From an uncultured Clostridium sp. (lineage in GTDB: Bacteria > Bacillota > Clostridia > TANB77 > CAG-508), in contig CAYJKU010000001.1 of the NCBI GenBank assembly GCA_964371215.1, forward strand, positions 172,412 through 236,411: 64,000 nt of DNA. Reading direction: 5' to 3'. The notes under the pieces were generated by a model. It ran no database searches and had not been told where the DNA came from. It saw only the letters and a list, made by a program, of their open reading frames with translations. The translations under genes and the position numbers were made by a program. Positions 20,519 to 31,200 of the stretch are shown piece by piece. The stretch's first letter is position 1. Each line of letters begins with the position of its first letter.

Positions 20519-21322
20519 ATGGATATTAGAAGAGTAACATCTGCGATTTTAGGATTTCCAATAGTATTGTTAGGATTGATTTTTGGGAATGAATTAATAA
20601 TTGGTATAGCACTTTCAATTATCGCAATAATAGCAATGCAAGAATATTTAAAAGCAGTAGAACATGTATGTAAACCAATTAAATGGATAGGATATATATC
20701 ATGTGTAATTGTAGCATGTGTAGCAATAATACCAAATGAGTGGATGAACCTTATTATTACAACGACAATACCAGTAATTTTGTTGATCCTATTTGGGCAT
20801 GTAATATTTTCAAATATGAAAACAACACTAAAAGATATTGCATATACATTTTTAGGAATAGCATATGTCGTACTATTTACAATGTTTTTAGCATTAATAT
20901 ATGGAATGGAAAATGGGAAAATATTAATATGGTACACATTATTTGCAGCTTGGGGTACAGATCTTTTTGCATATGCAGTAGGTAAGTTAATAGGAAAACA
21001 TAAATTTAGTAGTATAAGTCCAAATAAAACAATTGAAGGTGCAGTTGGAGGAGTAATTGGAGCTATAATATTTGTAGTAATATATACGATAATTATGAAT
21101 AATATATTTTTAACAGATTATTCAATTATATATGTAATAATAATGACAAGTATTTTAAGTTTGGTAGGCCAAATAGGAGATTTTTCTGCTTCAAGTATAA
21201 AAAGACATGTTGGAATAAAAGATTTTAGTGATTTAATCCCAGGACATGGGGGAATATTAGATAGAATAGATAGTTTGATATTTTTAGCACCAGTAGCATA
21301 TTTGTTACTAACTTTTATTTAA
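20519..21322 (+). CDS. cdsA: Phosphatidate cytidylyltransferase
   Basis: C-terminal signature [28 protein letters not shown]. Polytopic membrane protein. Confidence 0.95.
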   Translation: MDIRRVTSAILGFPIVLLGLIFGNELIIGIALSIIAIIAMQEYLKAVEHVCKPIKWIGYISCVIVACVAIIPNEWMNLIITTTIPVILLILFGHVIFSNMKTTLKDIAYTFLGIAYVVLFTMFLALIYGMENGKILIWYTLFAAWGTDLFAYAVGKLIGKHKFSSISPNKTIEGAVGGVIGAIIFVVIYTIIMNNIFLTDYSIIYVIIMTSILSLVGQIGDFSASSIKRHVGIKDFSDLIPGHGGILDRIDSLIFLAPVAYLLLTFI

Positions 21323-21335
21323 GTGGAGGTAATTA

Positions 21336-22628
21336 GTGATAACAATTATATTATCAGCAATTAAAATAATAGTATTGTTAGGTGTATTAATAACAATACA
21401 TGAAATGGGCCATTTTTTTGTTGCAAAACTGAGTAAAGTAAAAGTTAATCAGTTTGCAATAGGATTTGGTCCTATTATATGGAAAAAACAAGGTAAAGAA
21501 ACAAAGTATTCACTAAGGTTAATACCACTAGGTGGTTTTGTAAGTATGGAAGGTGAAGAAGGTGGAGCAGAGGAAGATGAAAAATCTGAAGAGGATAAAG
21601 GGAACAATCCAGAGGATTCAAACTCTTTTGCTAAAGCAAAAATGTATAAACGAATGCTAATAGTAGCAGCAGGTTCAATTGTAAATATTATATTTGCACT
21701 TTTAATATATTTCATATTAGCATTTACATCAGGGACATTTATATCAAATGACGTAGATAGTTTAATAGATGGTTATGCAGCACAAAGTGCAGGGATTTTA
21801 CCAAATGATAAAATCATTCAAATTAATGGTGAAACTGTAGATAATAAAAAAGAAATAGATGAAATTATAAGTAATTTGGATGGTTCTGAAATATCTGTAA
21901 AAGTATTAAGAGATAATGAAGAAATTGAATATAAATTTAATCCTACAGAAGAAATGTTAGTTTCTACAGGAATATATTTAGATGATAGTGCAAATATATT
22001 GTTTACAGATGAAGGAAGTCCAGCTGAAAAAGCAGGAATATTTAGTAATGATGAACTTATAAAAGTAAATGATATAGAGATAAACAAAGATCCATATAAA
22101 GCAATAGAATTAATTGGAACAGACTATGATGGTGAAGTGAAGTTAACTATAAATAGAGCAGGAGAACAAGCTGAAATTATCGTAATACCAGATTTTATAC
22201 CAGTATATTATATAGGAACAGTGTTTGGATATGCAGAAGATAATTTATTAAATAGAAGTATAAATGGAGTTATGCAAACACAAGAATTTATTTTATCTAT
22301 TGGAGATAATTTAAAACAACTATTCACAGGTCAAGTAGGAATAAATCAGATGACAGGACCTGTTGGTATATCTGAGATAGTAGCTAAAACAGATGGGATT
22401 AGAGAATTCTTTGAAATGATGGCATTAATATCTATTTCATTAGGAGTAACAAATTTATTACCAATACCAGCATTAGATGGTGGTAAAATAGTAATCTTAT
22501 TTATTGAATTAATAAGAAGAAAACCTATGAAGAAAGAAACAGAAATAAATATTCAATTAATTGGTTTTTGTTTATTAATAGCATTATCTTTGTATATATC
22601 ATTTAATGATATTATTAGAATTTTTTAA
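21336..22628 (+). CDS. rseP: RIP site-2 metalloprotease (RseP/RasP family)
   Basis: GTG start after GGAGG. HEMGHFFVAK, PDZ-like middle region, NLLPIPALDGG. Confidence 0.93.
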   Translation: MITIILSAIKIIVLLGVLITIHEMGHFFVAKLSKVKVNQFAIGFGPIIWKKQGKETKYSLRLIPLGGFVSMEGEEGGAEEDEKSEEDKGNNPEDSNSFAKAKMYKRMLIVAAGSIVNIIFALLIYFILAFTSGTFISNDVDSLIDGYAAQSAGILPNDKIIQINGETVDNKKEIDEIISNLDGSEISVKVLRDNEEIEYKFNPTEEMLVSTGIYLDDSANILFTDEGSPAEKAGIFSNDELIKVNDIEINKDPYKAIELIGTDYDGEVKLTINRAGEQAEIIVIPDFIPVYYIGTVFGYAEDNLLNRSINGVMQTQEFILSIGDNLKQLFTGQVGINQMTGPVGISEIVAKTDGIREFFEMMALISISLGVTNLLPIPALDGGKIVILFIELIRRKPMKKETEINIQLIGFCLLIALSLYISFNDIIRIF

Positions 22629-22672
22629 ATAGGTAAATTAATAAAAATAATGTAAATATAGTTTAAAAATAT

Positions 22673-22701
22673 TTGACAAATAAAAGTATTTGATAGATAA
22701 T
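22673..22701 (+). promoter_or_regulatory. Sigma-A promoter TTGACA-17-GATAAT upstream of glgP
   Basis: TTGACA at 22673-22678, GATAAT at 22696-22701. Confidence 0.5.
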
Positions 22702-22769
22702 ATTAGAGAGCATAAGATAAATTAAAGAAGAAACAAAATGAAAGAATATATAAATACTAAGGAGGAAAA

Positions 22770-25337
22770 ATGTATATATTTAACAAAATAACTGTTAATC
22801 CACAGTTACCAAAAAGGATTGAAAAATTATCAGAAATAGCAAATAATTTATGGTGGTCTTGGAATACTGAATTCCTAAGATTATTTAAAACAATAGATAT
22901 AGATTTATGGGAACAATCACATAAAAGTCCAGTGAAGTTTTTAAAAAACGTATCACAAGAAAAATTAGAAAAAGTAACTAAAGATGTTGCGTTTTTAAAA
23001 GAATATGATAAATTAGTTGAAAACTTTAATTCATATATGAATAGTAAAAACACATGGTTTGCAAATAATTATCCAGAAAATAAAAATGATTTAATAGCAT
23101 ATTTTTCAGCAGAATATGGATTAGATGAAACAGTTCCTATTTATTCAGGAGGACTTGGAATATTATCTGGAGATCATTTAAAATCAGCAAGTGATTTAGG
23201 AATTCCACTTATAGCAGTAGGATTATTATATAAAAATGGATATTTTAATCAAAAAATAAATGGTCATGGAGTACAAGAAACAGAATACCATGCAATAGAC
23301 TTAATGGATTTACCAATTAAACCTACAAAAAATGAAAATGGTGATGATGTAATTGTATTTGTTAAATTTCCTAAAAGAAGAATATATTTAAAGGTTTGGG
23401 AAGTAAAAGTTGGAAGAACAACTTTATACTTATTAGACTCAGATATAGATAAAAATCATGAAGAAGATAGAAACGTAACACTAAATCTTTATGGTGGAGA
23501 TCAAGAGATGAGAATGCGTCAAGAGATAGTTCTAGGTATGGCAGGTACTAATTTATTAAGACAACATTTAAAATTAGAACCAACTATATACCATATGAAT
23601 GAAGGGCATTCATCATTCTTAACTGTTGAATTAATAAAAGATATAATGAGAGAAAAACAAGTATCTTATGCAGTTGCAAAAGATATGGCAACATCTAAAA
23701 CGTTATTTACAACACATACACCAGTACCAGCAGGTAATGATATATTCCCAATGCATTTAGTTGAAAAATATTTTAAAGAATTCTGGCCAAGATTAGGACT
23801 AACTAGAGAAGAATTTTTAGCATTAGGTATTAGACCAGATGGTAGTTTTGATGAAGGATTTAATATGGGAATATTAGCACTTAAAATTGCGGGAAGAAAA
23901 AATGGAGTTAGTAAACTTCATGGAGCAGTTTCGAGAGAATTGTTTGCAGATGTATGGCCAAATATAGCTGCAAATGAATCACCAATTACACATGTAACAA
24001 ATGGTATACATACTTGTAGTTGGCTTGCACCAAAAATGAAAGAATTATATAACGAATATTTAGTTCCTTTTTGGCAAGATAATATGCACATGAATCATGT
24101 ATGGGAAAAAATTAAAGATATTCCAAATGAAAAATTATGGAATGTACATACAGAAAGAAAAGAAAAATTAATTAATTTGGTTAAAGAAAGTACAACTAAT
24201 AGATTGAGAAGAGCAGGATATAATTATGAAGAAATAAATGATGTTATTTCAAAATTAAATCCAAAACATCTAACAATAGGTTTTGCAAGAAGATTTGCTA
24301 CATATAAAAGAGCAACATTAATATTTAAAGATATTGAAAGAATGACACAAATATTTAATAATGAAGAAAAACCAGTACAATTAATATTTGCAGGAAAAGC
24401 ACATCCAGCAGACAAAGAAGGTCAAGATCTAATTAAATTAATACATGAAATATCTATGATGCCACAATTTAAAGGTAAAATATTTATACTTGAAAACTAT
24501 AATATAGCAATGTCAAGATATTTAGTATCAGGTGTAGATGTATGGCTTAACAATCCAAGAAGACCAATGGAAGCATCAGGAACAAGTGGACAAAAAGCAT
24601 CTGTAAATGGAGTTGTAAATTTCAGTGTATTAGATGGATGGTGGGCTGAAGGTTATACTGGAACTAATGGTTGGACAATAGGAACAAATGCAGAATATGA
24701 TTCTTATGAAGTTCAAGATAGAGCAGATAGTGAAAGTATATATCATACATTAGAAGCTAAAATTATTCCAACATATTATAAAAGAAATGATAAAGGAATT
24801 TCAGAAAAATGGATGGAAGTTATGAAAAACTCAATCATAACAACTGGTGGAGAGTATAGTACAGCGAGAATGTTAGTTGATTATGCAAATCAATTATATA
24901 TGCCACTTGCAAAATTAACAAAAACACATTTTGACAATATAGAAGAAGTTGCTTCATATAACTCTTGGAAAAGAGATTTAACAAATAACTGGAAAGATAT
25001 TAAATTGACTCAAAAAGATAATTTAACAGATATAACAATCGACGCAGGAAATAATATAGAAGTATCTTGTGAAGTACAACTTCCTAATATAAGTGTAGAA
25101 AATATTTCAGCAGAAGTATATTATGGAAAAATATTAGACAATGGAGTTGTTGAAGATGTTGAAATAATTCCAATGAATTTAAAAATTAAAAATGAAACAG
25201 AAAAAATATATACATATACAGCTAAATTAGAACTTTCAACAGGTGGAAATTATGGATATACTTTTAGAATAGTTCCAAAACATGATATGTTAATTGAACC
25301 AACAGACTTAAATTTAATTAAATGGGTTGCAAAATAA
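22770..25337 (+). CDS. glgP: Alpha-glucan (glycogen/maltodextrin) phosphorylase, GT35, long bacterial form
   Basis: YFSAEYGL..PIYSGGLGILSGDHLKSASDLGIPLIAVGLLYKNGYFNQ. PLP-site region EASGTSGQKASVNG. Confidence 0.92.
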   Translation: MYIFNKITVNPQLPKRIEKLSEIANNLWWSWNTEFLRLFKTIDIDLWEQSHKSPVKFLKNVSQEKLEKVTKDVAFLKEYDKLVENFNSYMNSKNTWFANNYPENKNDLIAYFSAEYGLDETVPIYSGGLGILSGDHLKSASDLGIPLIAVGLLYKNGYFNQKINGHGVQETEYHAIDLMDLPIKPTKNENGDDVIVFVKFPKRRIYLKVWEVKVGRTTLYLLDSDIDKNHEEDRNVTLNLYGGDQEMRMRQEIVLGMAGTNLLRQHLKLEPTIYHMNEGHSSFLTVELIKDIMREKQVSYAVAKDMATSKTLFTTHTPVPAGNDIFPMHLVEKYFKEFWPRLGLTREEFLALGIRPDGSFDEGFNMGILALKIAGRKNGVSKLHGAVSRELFADVWPNIAANESPITHVTNGIHTCSWLAPKMKELYNEYLVPFWQDNMHMNHVWEKIKDIPNEKLWNVHTERKEKLINLVKESTTNRLRRAGYNYEEINDVISKLNPKHLTIGFARRFATYKRATLIFKDIERMTQIFNNEEKPVQLIFAGKAHPADKEGQDLIKLIHEISMMPQFKGKIFILENYNIAMSRYLVSGVDVWLNNPRRPMEASGTSGQKASVNGVVNFSVLDGWWAEGYTGTNGWTIGTNAEYDSYEVQDRADSESIYHTLEAKIIPTYYKRNDKGISEKWMEVMKNSIITTGGEYSTARMLVDYANQLYMPLAKLTKTHFDNIEEVASYNSWKRDLTNNWKDIKLTQKDNLTDITIDAGNNIEVSCEVQLPNISVENISAEVYYGKILDNGVVEDVEIIPMNLKIKNETEKIYTYTAKLELSTGGNYGYTFRIVPKHDMLIEPTDLNLIKWVAK

Positions 25338-25360
25338 CATACTAGATGAATATAATAGTT

Positions 25361-25393
25361 AAAATAAGACAAAATATTTTGTCTTATTTTTTT
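25361..25393 (+). terminator. Intrinsic terminator after glgP
   Basis: Arms aaaataagac / gtcttatttt followed by a T-run. Confidence 0.75.
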
Positions 25394-25420
25394 ATAAAAA
25401 AATTAAAAAAACTCAAAATG

Positions 25421-25449
25421 TTGATATAAAAAAAATGTAGTGATATAAT
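25421..25449 (+). promoter_or_regulatory. Sigma-A promoter TTGATA-17-TATAAT (TGn extended)
   Basis: TTGATA at 25421-25426, tga then TATAAT at 25444-25449. Confidence 0.55.
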
Positions 25450-25555
25450 CAAGGTATTTAGTAAAGACATATGGAAGAAACGAAAAAAGAAGGGAGGAAA
25501 TTAGAACATTAATAAAAATATAAAAACAATATAAGATTAGAATTAGGGGGAAAAG

Positions 25556-27670
25556 ATGAAAACAATTTTAAAAACAACTTTAATATTAGCAATGTTTATA
25601 CTATTAATTAGTATAAGTGGTTCTGTTTTTGCAGCAGATGTTACAACTTTACAAGAATTTAAAGATGCTGTAATGGCAGGTGGAACAGTTGATTTAAGAG
25701 CAGATATAGCTCTAGATGCAATGGTAGATATTACATCTACAACTACAATAAATGGTAATGGATTTTCTATAGATGCAGGTGGGCTTGCAGATAGAGTATT
25801 TGTTACTCCAGATGATTTTAATGGTACATTTACTTTAAACAATGTAAGTGTAACAGGATTTTCAAAAACATTAGTAACAGTAGCAGGGAATAATGCAGCT
25901 GTTACAATAAATGGTGGGGCATATGATGCAGAAAATAATGAAACTCATATAGTACTAGCAAAAACAAGTGCAGCAGTAAATGTAGATGGTGCAATGTTTA
26001 AAAATGTAGCAACACCAACATCAGGAGCTTTTGCAGCAATAGTAGCATCTGGGGGAGCAGTAAATGTAAAAAATACAACATTTGAAAATAGCAGATGTGC
26101 TATATTTTTAGCAAATGGGGGAACTCTAACAGAGGAAAATATAACATATACAAATAATGTAGCAGATGTATATAATCAGAAAATTGATACAAATACAGTA
26201 TATACAGAATCAGCATTTGTTGCATCAATAAAAAATGGTGGAAAAATAGTATTAGGTGCTAATATACCGTTAACAGCAACAGTTATGATACCAGTAGATA
26301 AAAGTGTAGAAATAACAGGAAATGGATTTGATATAGATGCAAGTGGGCTTGCAGATAGAGTATTTGTCACTGAAAAAACATATACTGGAACATTTACTTT
26401 AAATAATGTGAATGTAACAGGATTTTCAAAAACTGTAGTTACTACAGAAAGTGGAAAATTAGTTATAAATGGAGGAATGTTTGATGCAAATAACAATCAA
26501 ACACACATTATATTAGCAAAAACAAGTACAGATGTTACAATTGATGGATCAACATTTAAAAATGTAGCAACATCTTCTTCATCAGTATCATCAGCAGTTG
26601 TAGCATCAGGTGGAAATATAACTATTAAAAATTCAACATTTGAAAACAACAGATCGTCTATTTTTGTATTAAATAGTGCAACATTAACAGAAGAAAAAAA
26701 TACTTTTGTTAATAATAAAGCAGATGTATATAGTCAAGATACAAATACAAATACAGTATATACTGAAACTGCATTAACAGAATCTATAAAAAATGGTGGA
26801 ATAGCAGTAGTAGCTGGAGATATAACTTTAACTAATACTACAATGCCATATGAATTAACAGATATGTTAAAAGTAGCTAGTAATGCTACACTAACAATTA
26901 GTAAAGATGTCACTTTAGTAGTTGGTGAAAATGCTAAAATAGTTAATGAAGGAACAATTGTTAATAAAGGGACTATAGATAAAAAAGGTATAGTAGAAAA
27001 TATAGGAACATATTCAGATATGGGACAAACTATGTATAATTATACTACAAGTATTAAAAACATAGCTGCAGAAGGTAGTGTGAATGAAGTAACTTTAACA
27101 AATGCAGATGCAGATGAAATGAATAGAATAATAAAAGAAAGTATAATGAAAAATGAATATTATAGAAATATATTATTAGTAAATAAAGAAGTAGTAATTG
27201 AATTAGTATTTTCTTTAATGAACAGTCCAGATGAATATTTAATGAAAGCATTTAAAGATGCAATGCCAGATTTATCATTAGCACAATTCATGAATATAGA
27301 TGTAGTGATGAACACAGGTGATGAAAAAATGGATTTATCAGAATTAGCAGAACAAATTAAAATATCTTTTAAAATGCCAGAAGATTTTGAAAATGCGCCA
27401 GAAGGTAAAGAACGTACATTCTATATATTAAGAGAACATGGTCAAGAAATTACAAAATTAGAATTAACTAAAAATGAAGATGGAACATATTCTTTCTATT
27501 CAGATAAATTTTCAACTTATGCAATAGCATATATGGATATAGATGCTGTTGTAGCTCCTGTTGAAAATCCAGAAACTTCAGACAATATAGTAACTTATGC
27601 AGCATTAGTAATAATAGCAGTAGTAGGATTAGGAATTACAGGATATAGTGTTAAAAAAAGTAGAAAATAA
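25556..27670 (+). CDS. Secreted repeat-containing beta-helix-like surface protein with C-terminal sorting-signal-like tail
   Basis: Signal peptide ending VFA/AD. Two ~190-aa tandem repeats plus the start of a third. C-terminus is NPETS, then a hydrophobic helix, then KKSRK. Confidence 0.75.
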   Translation: MKTILKTTLILAMFILLISISGSVFAADVTTLQEFKDAVMAGGTVDLRADIALDAMVDITSTTTINGNGFSIDAGGLADRVFVTPDDFNGTFTLNNVSVTGFSKTLVTVAGNNAAVTINGGAYDAENNETHIVLAKTSAAVNVDGAMFKNVATPTSGAFAAIVASGGAVNVKNTTFENSRCAIFLANGGTLTEENITYTNNVADVYNQKIDTNTVYTESAFVASIKNGGKIVLGANIPLTATVMIPVDKSVEITGNGFDIDASGLADRVFVTEKTYTGTFTLNNVNVTGFSKTVVTTESGKLVINGGMFDANNNQTHIILAKTSTDVTIDGSTFKNVATSSSSVSSAVVASGGNITIKNSTFENNRSSIFVLNSATLTEEKNTFVNNKADVYSQDTNTNTVYTETALTESIKNGGIAVVAGDITLTNTTMPYELTDMLKVASNATLTISKDVTLVVGENAKIVNEGTIVNKGTIDKKGIVENIGTYSDMGQTMYNYTTSIKNIAAEGSVNEVTLTNADADEMNRIIKESIMKNEYYRNILLVNKEVVIELVFSLMNSPDEYLMKAFKDAMPDLSLAQFMNIDVVMNTGDEKMDLSELAEQIKISFKMPEDFENAPEGKERTFYILREHGQEITKLELTKNEDGTYSFYSDKFSTYAIAYMDIDAVVAPVENPETSDNIVTYAALVIIAVVGLGITGYSVKKSRK
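25637..26764 (+). repeat. Two tandem ~570-bp coding repeats inside the surface-protein gene
   Basis: aa ~28-213 and ~214-403 align throughout (GNGF(S/D)IDA(G/S)GLADRVFVT..GTFTLNNV(S/N)VTGFSKT..THI(V/I)LAKTS..FKNVAT..TFEN(S/N)R..ADVY(N/S)Q..NTVYTE). Confidence 0.85.
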
Positions 27671-27712
27671 TATATATTATAGAATTAGTTTTATATTAAA
27701 TAATTAAAAAGA

Positions 27713-27751
27713 AAAATCGAGTTTAAACAAAATAGTTAAACTCGATTTTTT
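27713..27751. terminator. Bidirectional intrinsic terminator
   Basis: Arms aaatcgagtttaa / ttaaactcgattt, with A-run and T-run flanks. Confidence 0.8.
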
Positions 27752-27761
27752 ATATGTTGAA

Positions 27762-29039
27762 TTATAAGATAGCACCAAGTACCAAAATCCCTATATTATC
27801 ATTATAAATTTTATCAAAATCAGAAATAGGGAGAGGATTTTCTCCTAATCCAGCTTCTATAGTATATCCAGGTTTATTGTAATTTTTAATAAACCAATCT
27901 TTATATCCAGCAAAAGCAGAGCTATATGGTGTATCAAGTAAAGGGTAACCACTAGATTTTGAAAAAGACTCACCAATTAAAATACTATCTTGTGGTACAA
28001 AATCTTTATATTTCCAGAATATCACTTCACCTTGTGTATGATATGCAAGAATCAATCTGAAATTATTTTGCAGAGTAAAATTGTAAATTGCTAATGCTTC
28101 AGGCTCAGTTAATGGACCATATCCAACAAAATCGCGAGGAGCAGGAGAAGTATAACCTTGTGAATATTTAATTTCTTTTGCTGTTTGCCAATCAGCAGGG
28201 AATTGTAAGTTTAAATCTATACCAGAAATATTAGATTTCCACCCTTCAGGGAAAGATATATTAGGATAATCTTCAGATATTTTTTTTGCTTTCATATATA
28301 CAGCTGAATCTTTTGGTAGATTATCTGTTACTAAGTCAATTGCATCAGGATTCATCATAGGTGCAATAAATATTGTTGAATTATTAAAAATTTCTTTAGC
28401 ATTATAATTATATATTTTTGAATTATTAATATAAGTTAAGCAAAAATCTTCAACAAATTTCATAAGAACAGGGGAAGTAATCCATTCATTAGCATGAATT
28501 GCACCAGAATAAAATACTTTATTTGAGCCATTACCAATTTTTATAACAGGTAAGTCTTTACCCATAACACTATAACCAATAGTTGAAATGTCTAAAAAAG
28601 GATATACTTTTTTTAAGGATAAAAGATTTAATTGTAAAATATCATATGTATAACTAATATCTGTTGGAATTATATTGCCAAATGGAATAATAAGTTCTTG
28701 ACCAACAAATAAGAGTGAATTTCTAGATAGATTAGGATTTGAAGCAAGTATCCTATTTATACTTGTATCAAAATATGTAGATATTGAAGATAAAGTATCA
28801 TACTGATTAACTGTGTAAGTTGTATATCCAGAAATATATGGATATAATTTCTCCCATGTATTTTTTCCTACAATACCATCAACTACTAGACCAAATTGTG
28901 ACTGGAAGTTTTTTACCGCAATAGCAGTTTTTAATCCAAACATTCCATCAATATTTGAATCATAAAAATCTAATTTTTTTAAAGTGGATTGTAATAATTG
29001 GACAAATACTCCACTTGAACCAATTTGTAATATTTTCAT
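27762..29039 (-). CDS. M14 zinc carboxypeptidase-type gamma-D-glutamyl-(L)-meso-diaminopimelate peptidase with PG-binding and LysM domains
   Basis: PG_binding_1-like N-terminus (GMFGLKTAIAVKNFQSQFGLVVDGIVG), a LysM segment (YTVNQYDTLSSIS), and the HANEWITS zinc motif. Confidence 0.8.
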   Translation of the reverse strand: MKILQIGSSGVFVQLLQSTLKKLDFYDSNIDGMFGLKTAIAVKNFQSQFGLVVDGIVGKNTWEKLYPYISGYTTYTVNQYDTLSSISTYFDTSINRILASNPNLSRNSLLFVGQELIIPFGNIIPTDISYTYDILQLNLLSLKKVYPFLDISTIGYSVMGKDLPVIKIGNGSNKVFYSGAIHANEWITSPVLMKFVEDFCLTYINNSKIYNYNAKEIFNNSTIFIAPMMNPDAIDLVTDNLPKDSAVYMKAKKISEDYPNISFPEGWKSNISGIDLNLQFPADWQTAKEIKYSQGYTSPAPRDFVGYGPLTEPEALAIYNFTLQNNFRLILAYHTQGEVIFWKYKDFVPQDSILIGESFSKSSGYPLLDTPYSSAFAGYKDWFIKNYNKPGYTIEAGLGENPLPISDFDKIYNDNIGILVLGAIL

Positions 29040-29119
29040 AAAATCACCTAATATATATTATGAGAGATATGTAGAAGTGTTACAAATAACTTAGTAAAAA
29101 AAGAAATAGTATAATTTAA

Positions 29120-30370
29120 CTATTTCTTTTTATTATGATAACTTAAATATTTTTCTAGAGCACTATCAGGATTATATATACCAGTAAAATCTTTGATTGG
29201 AGCAAATTCTTCTTCTGGATTTACTCGAAGTAATATCATATCATCAAAAAATTCAAATGCATCAAAGATAAAATTTTCAAATTTAAAACTATTAGGTTTA
29301 TCTGGAATTTGTTTCATACCTTCGTCATTTATAAAGGCATTCTTTTTAAAAGCTTTATGATATTTTAAAGTTAAGTTGCTGACTTTTTCAACAGCATCTA
29401 TATTCATTAAATGTGATACCATATTAGCTTCCCTATATAAATACAAATCATTTTCATCTTTAGATTCGGAAAGTTCTAAATCAATTAAATCATAATCTAA
29501 TATGGAAGGTTTACCATATTTTTTGCAGAACACAGCAGTTCTTTCAAGAGGGTCATTTTTAAATATAGATTTAGAGGCAATACTTAAATTTTTATCTGAT
29601 GTTAATCCAATTAAAAGTGGATCAATATTTTTTAGTAAAACATTATCTATACCGCCAAAAGAAACCCATTTAATATTTTTAGATATCATATCAGATATTA
29701 AATTATGTTTTTTCAAAGAAGAGAAAACATTACCATTACCATTTGAACCTTCTTTAATTCTATGTAATTCTGATAAAATCAATTTTTTATCTTTAGATAT
29801 AATAGGTAGTTTTCCTTGAGTAAAAAATATTATATGATCTTTTGGATAATTAAAAAAGTTATGTTTTTTAAAATATTCTTGAGTTTGACCATTATTTTCT
29901 TCACTAGTCATAATATACCAGTAAAGAGTTATATTAAATTTTTTATTTGTTTTTTGTATATCTTCACAAAGAATTTGAAATAGAGATTTTTGAGTTTTAT
30001 CAATAGTAAGTTCATAAGTTCCTTTTGGACCTTTATATCCAAGTCTTGAACCTTGACCACCAGCAAGTGTAACTACAGCTATTTCTTCAGAAGATATTAT
30101 ATTATTACCAATATTTTCATAATAAAGTATTTCTTCATCTGCTAAAATATTTTTCTCATAATGTTTTAATGGAGTTATATCTTTTGGAGATATTACTTCA
30201 TCAATTTTAGAATTTTCATATAATGTGAAAATATTGTTAAAATCAATATTTTCTATTTGGGATAATAAAGTTTCTTTTTCGATATCAGATAATTCATCAT
30301 AAAAATCAAGTAAATGTTCTTGATTATGTAATAATAAATTCTGTCGAATTTCATCTAATTTAGTACTCAT
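29120..30370 (-). CDS. UDP-sugar / UDP-N-acetylhexosamine pyrophosphorylase, eukaryote-type UDPGP (UAP1-like) family, paralog 1
   Basis: LAGGQGSRLGYKGPKGT nucleotide-binding loop, WYIMTS, GNGNVF, FKFENFIFDAFEFF. Confidence 0.8.
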   Translation of the reverse strand: MSTKLDEIRQNLLLHNQEHLLDFYDELSDIEKETLLSQIENIDFNNIFTLYENSKIDEVISPKDITPLKHYEKNILADEEILYYENIGNNIISSEEIAVVTLAGGQGSRLGYKGPKGTYELTIDKTQKSLFQILCEDIQKTNKKFNITLYWYIMTSEENNGQTQEYFKKHNFFNYPKDHIIFFTQGKLPIISKDKKLILSELHRIKEGSNGNGNVFSSLKKHNLISDMISKNIKWVSFGGIDNVLLKNIDPLLIGLTSDKNLSIASKSIFKNDPLERTAVFCKKYGKPSILDYDLIDLELSESKDENDLYLYREANMVSHLMNIDAVEKVSNLTLKYHKAFKKNAFINDEGMKQIPDKPNSFKFENFIFDAFEFFDDMILLRVNPEEEFAPIKDFTGIYNPDSALEKYLSYHNKKK

Positions 30371-30385
30371 AAATTCACCTCTAAT

Positions 30386-31192
30386 TTAATTATATACAGT
30401 TGGTATAGCAGATTTTAATGATTTTATTACCATATCTTTATTTGGCATATCACTTGATTCTAGTTCTTGAACTACTTTGTCAATATCATATGGAAGTCTT
30501 ACTATTTGAAAAGAAATTGAAGATAGTTCTAAGTTTCCATAATCACCTTCTATTATTATATAAGATGCTAAAGTTGAAAATTTGTTACTATTTAATTCAA
30601 CATCTTTATTTAACATTTCCACAGGTATTCCAACACTTCCAGGGTTCAATAATGTTTTATTTTTATATCTAGTAATAAATGGAGTATGTATATGACCATA
30701 ACAAACTATGTCTGGAATTTTATCTGATTTGCTTTTTCCTATAAATTCAGTATTTTCAAATAAAGGATCAGCAGAAGAAAGTATAGGTTTATTACTTCTA
30801 AACATCGTAGAAGGATACATTGGGTTGAATATATCTACTAAATTGTGTGGAGAAGCATGAAAAAGTCTAATTAAGTGTCCACTCATATAGAATTCGTGTG
30901 AGCGAGGTAGATTTAAAATATATTCAGCTCTTTTTTCTCCAATACATTTTCTAGTCCAAAAGTTTTTATCCTTAACATCCGGATTGCAAATAGCATAATC
31001 TGTGTTTCCAATTAAAACTACTTCACAAACTTCTTTTAGTTTATCTATAACTAAGTCAGGGTGATTACAATTAAAAATACTATCACCAAGACAAAAAATT
31101 CTTTTAATTCCTCTTTTTTTAATATCATTTAAAACAGAGTTTAAAGCAAATAAATTGCCATGAACATCTGATAAAATTGCGATTTTTTCCAT
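30386..31192 (-). CDS. Calcineurin-like metallophosphoesterase
   Basis: ILSDVHGN, LGDSIF, GNTD and GHIH motifs in the canonical order. Confidence 0.85.
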   Translation of the reverse strand: MEKIAILSDVHGNLFALNSVLNDIKKRGIKRIFCLGDSIFNCNHPDLVIDKLKEVCEVVLIGNTDYAICNPDVKDKNFWTRKCIGEKRAEYILNLPRSHEFYMSGHLIRLFHASPHNLVDIFNPMYPSTMFRSNKPILSSADPLFENTEFIGKSKSDKIPDIVCYGHIHTPFITRYKNKTLLNPGSVGIPVEMLNKDVELNSNKFSTLASYIIIEGDYGNLELSSISFQIVRLPYDIDKVVQELESSDMPNKDMVIKSLKSAIPTVYN

Positions 31193-31200
31193 AGTACCTC

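Noticed and set aside
20338-20937. 199-aa minus-strand ORF overlapping uppS and cdsA, and similar long antisense ORFs at 47252-47902, 7536-7937, 19538-19891, 36521-36874, 50008-50826, 13096-13470 and 11065-11334
   Set aside because: All are antisense to well-supported conserved genes, lack RBSs, and have the Leu/Phe/Ser/Ile-rich low-complexity composition expected from reading Lys/Glu/Asn-rich genes backwards.
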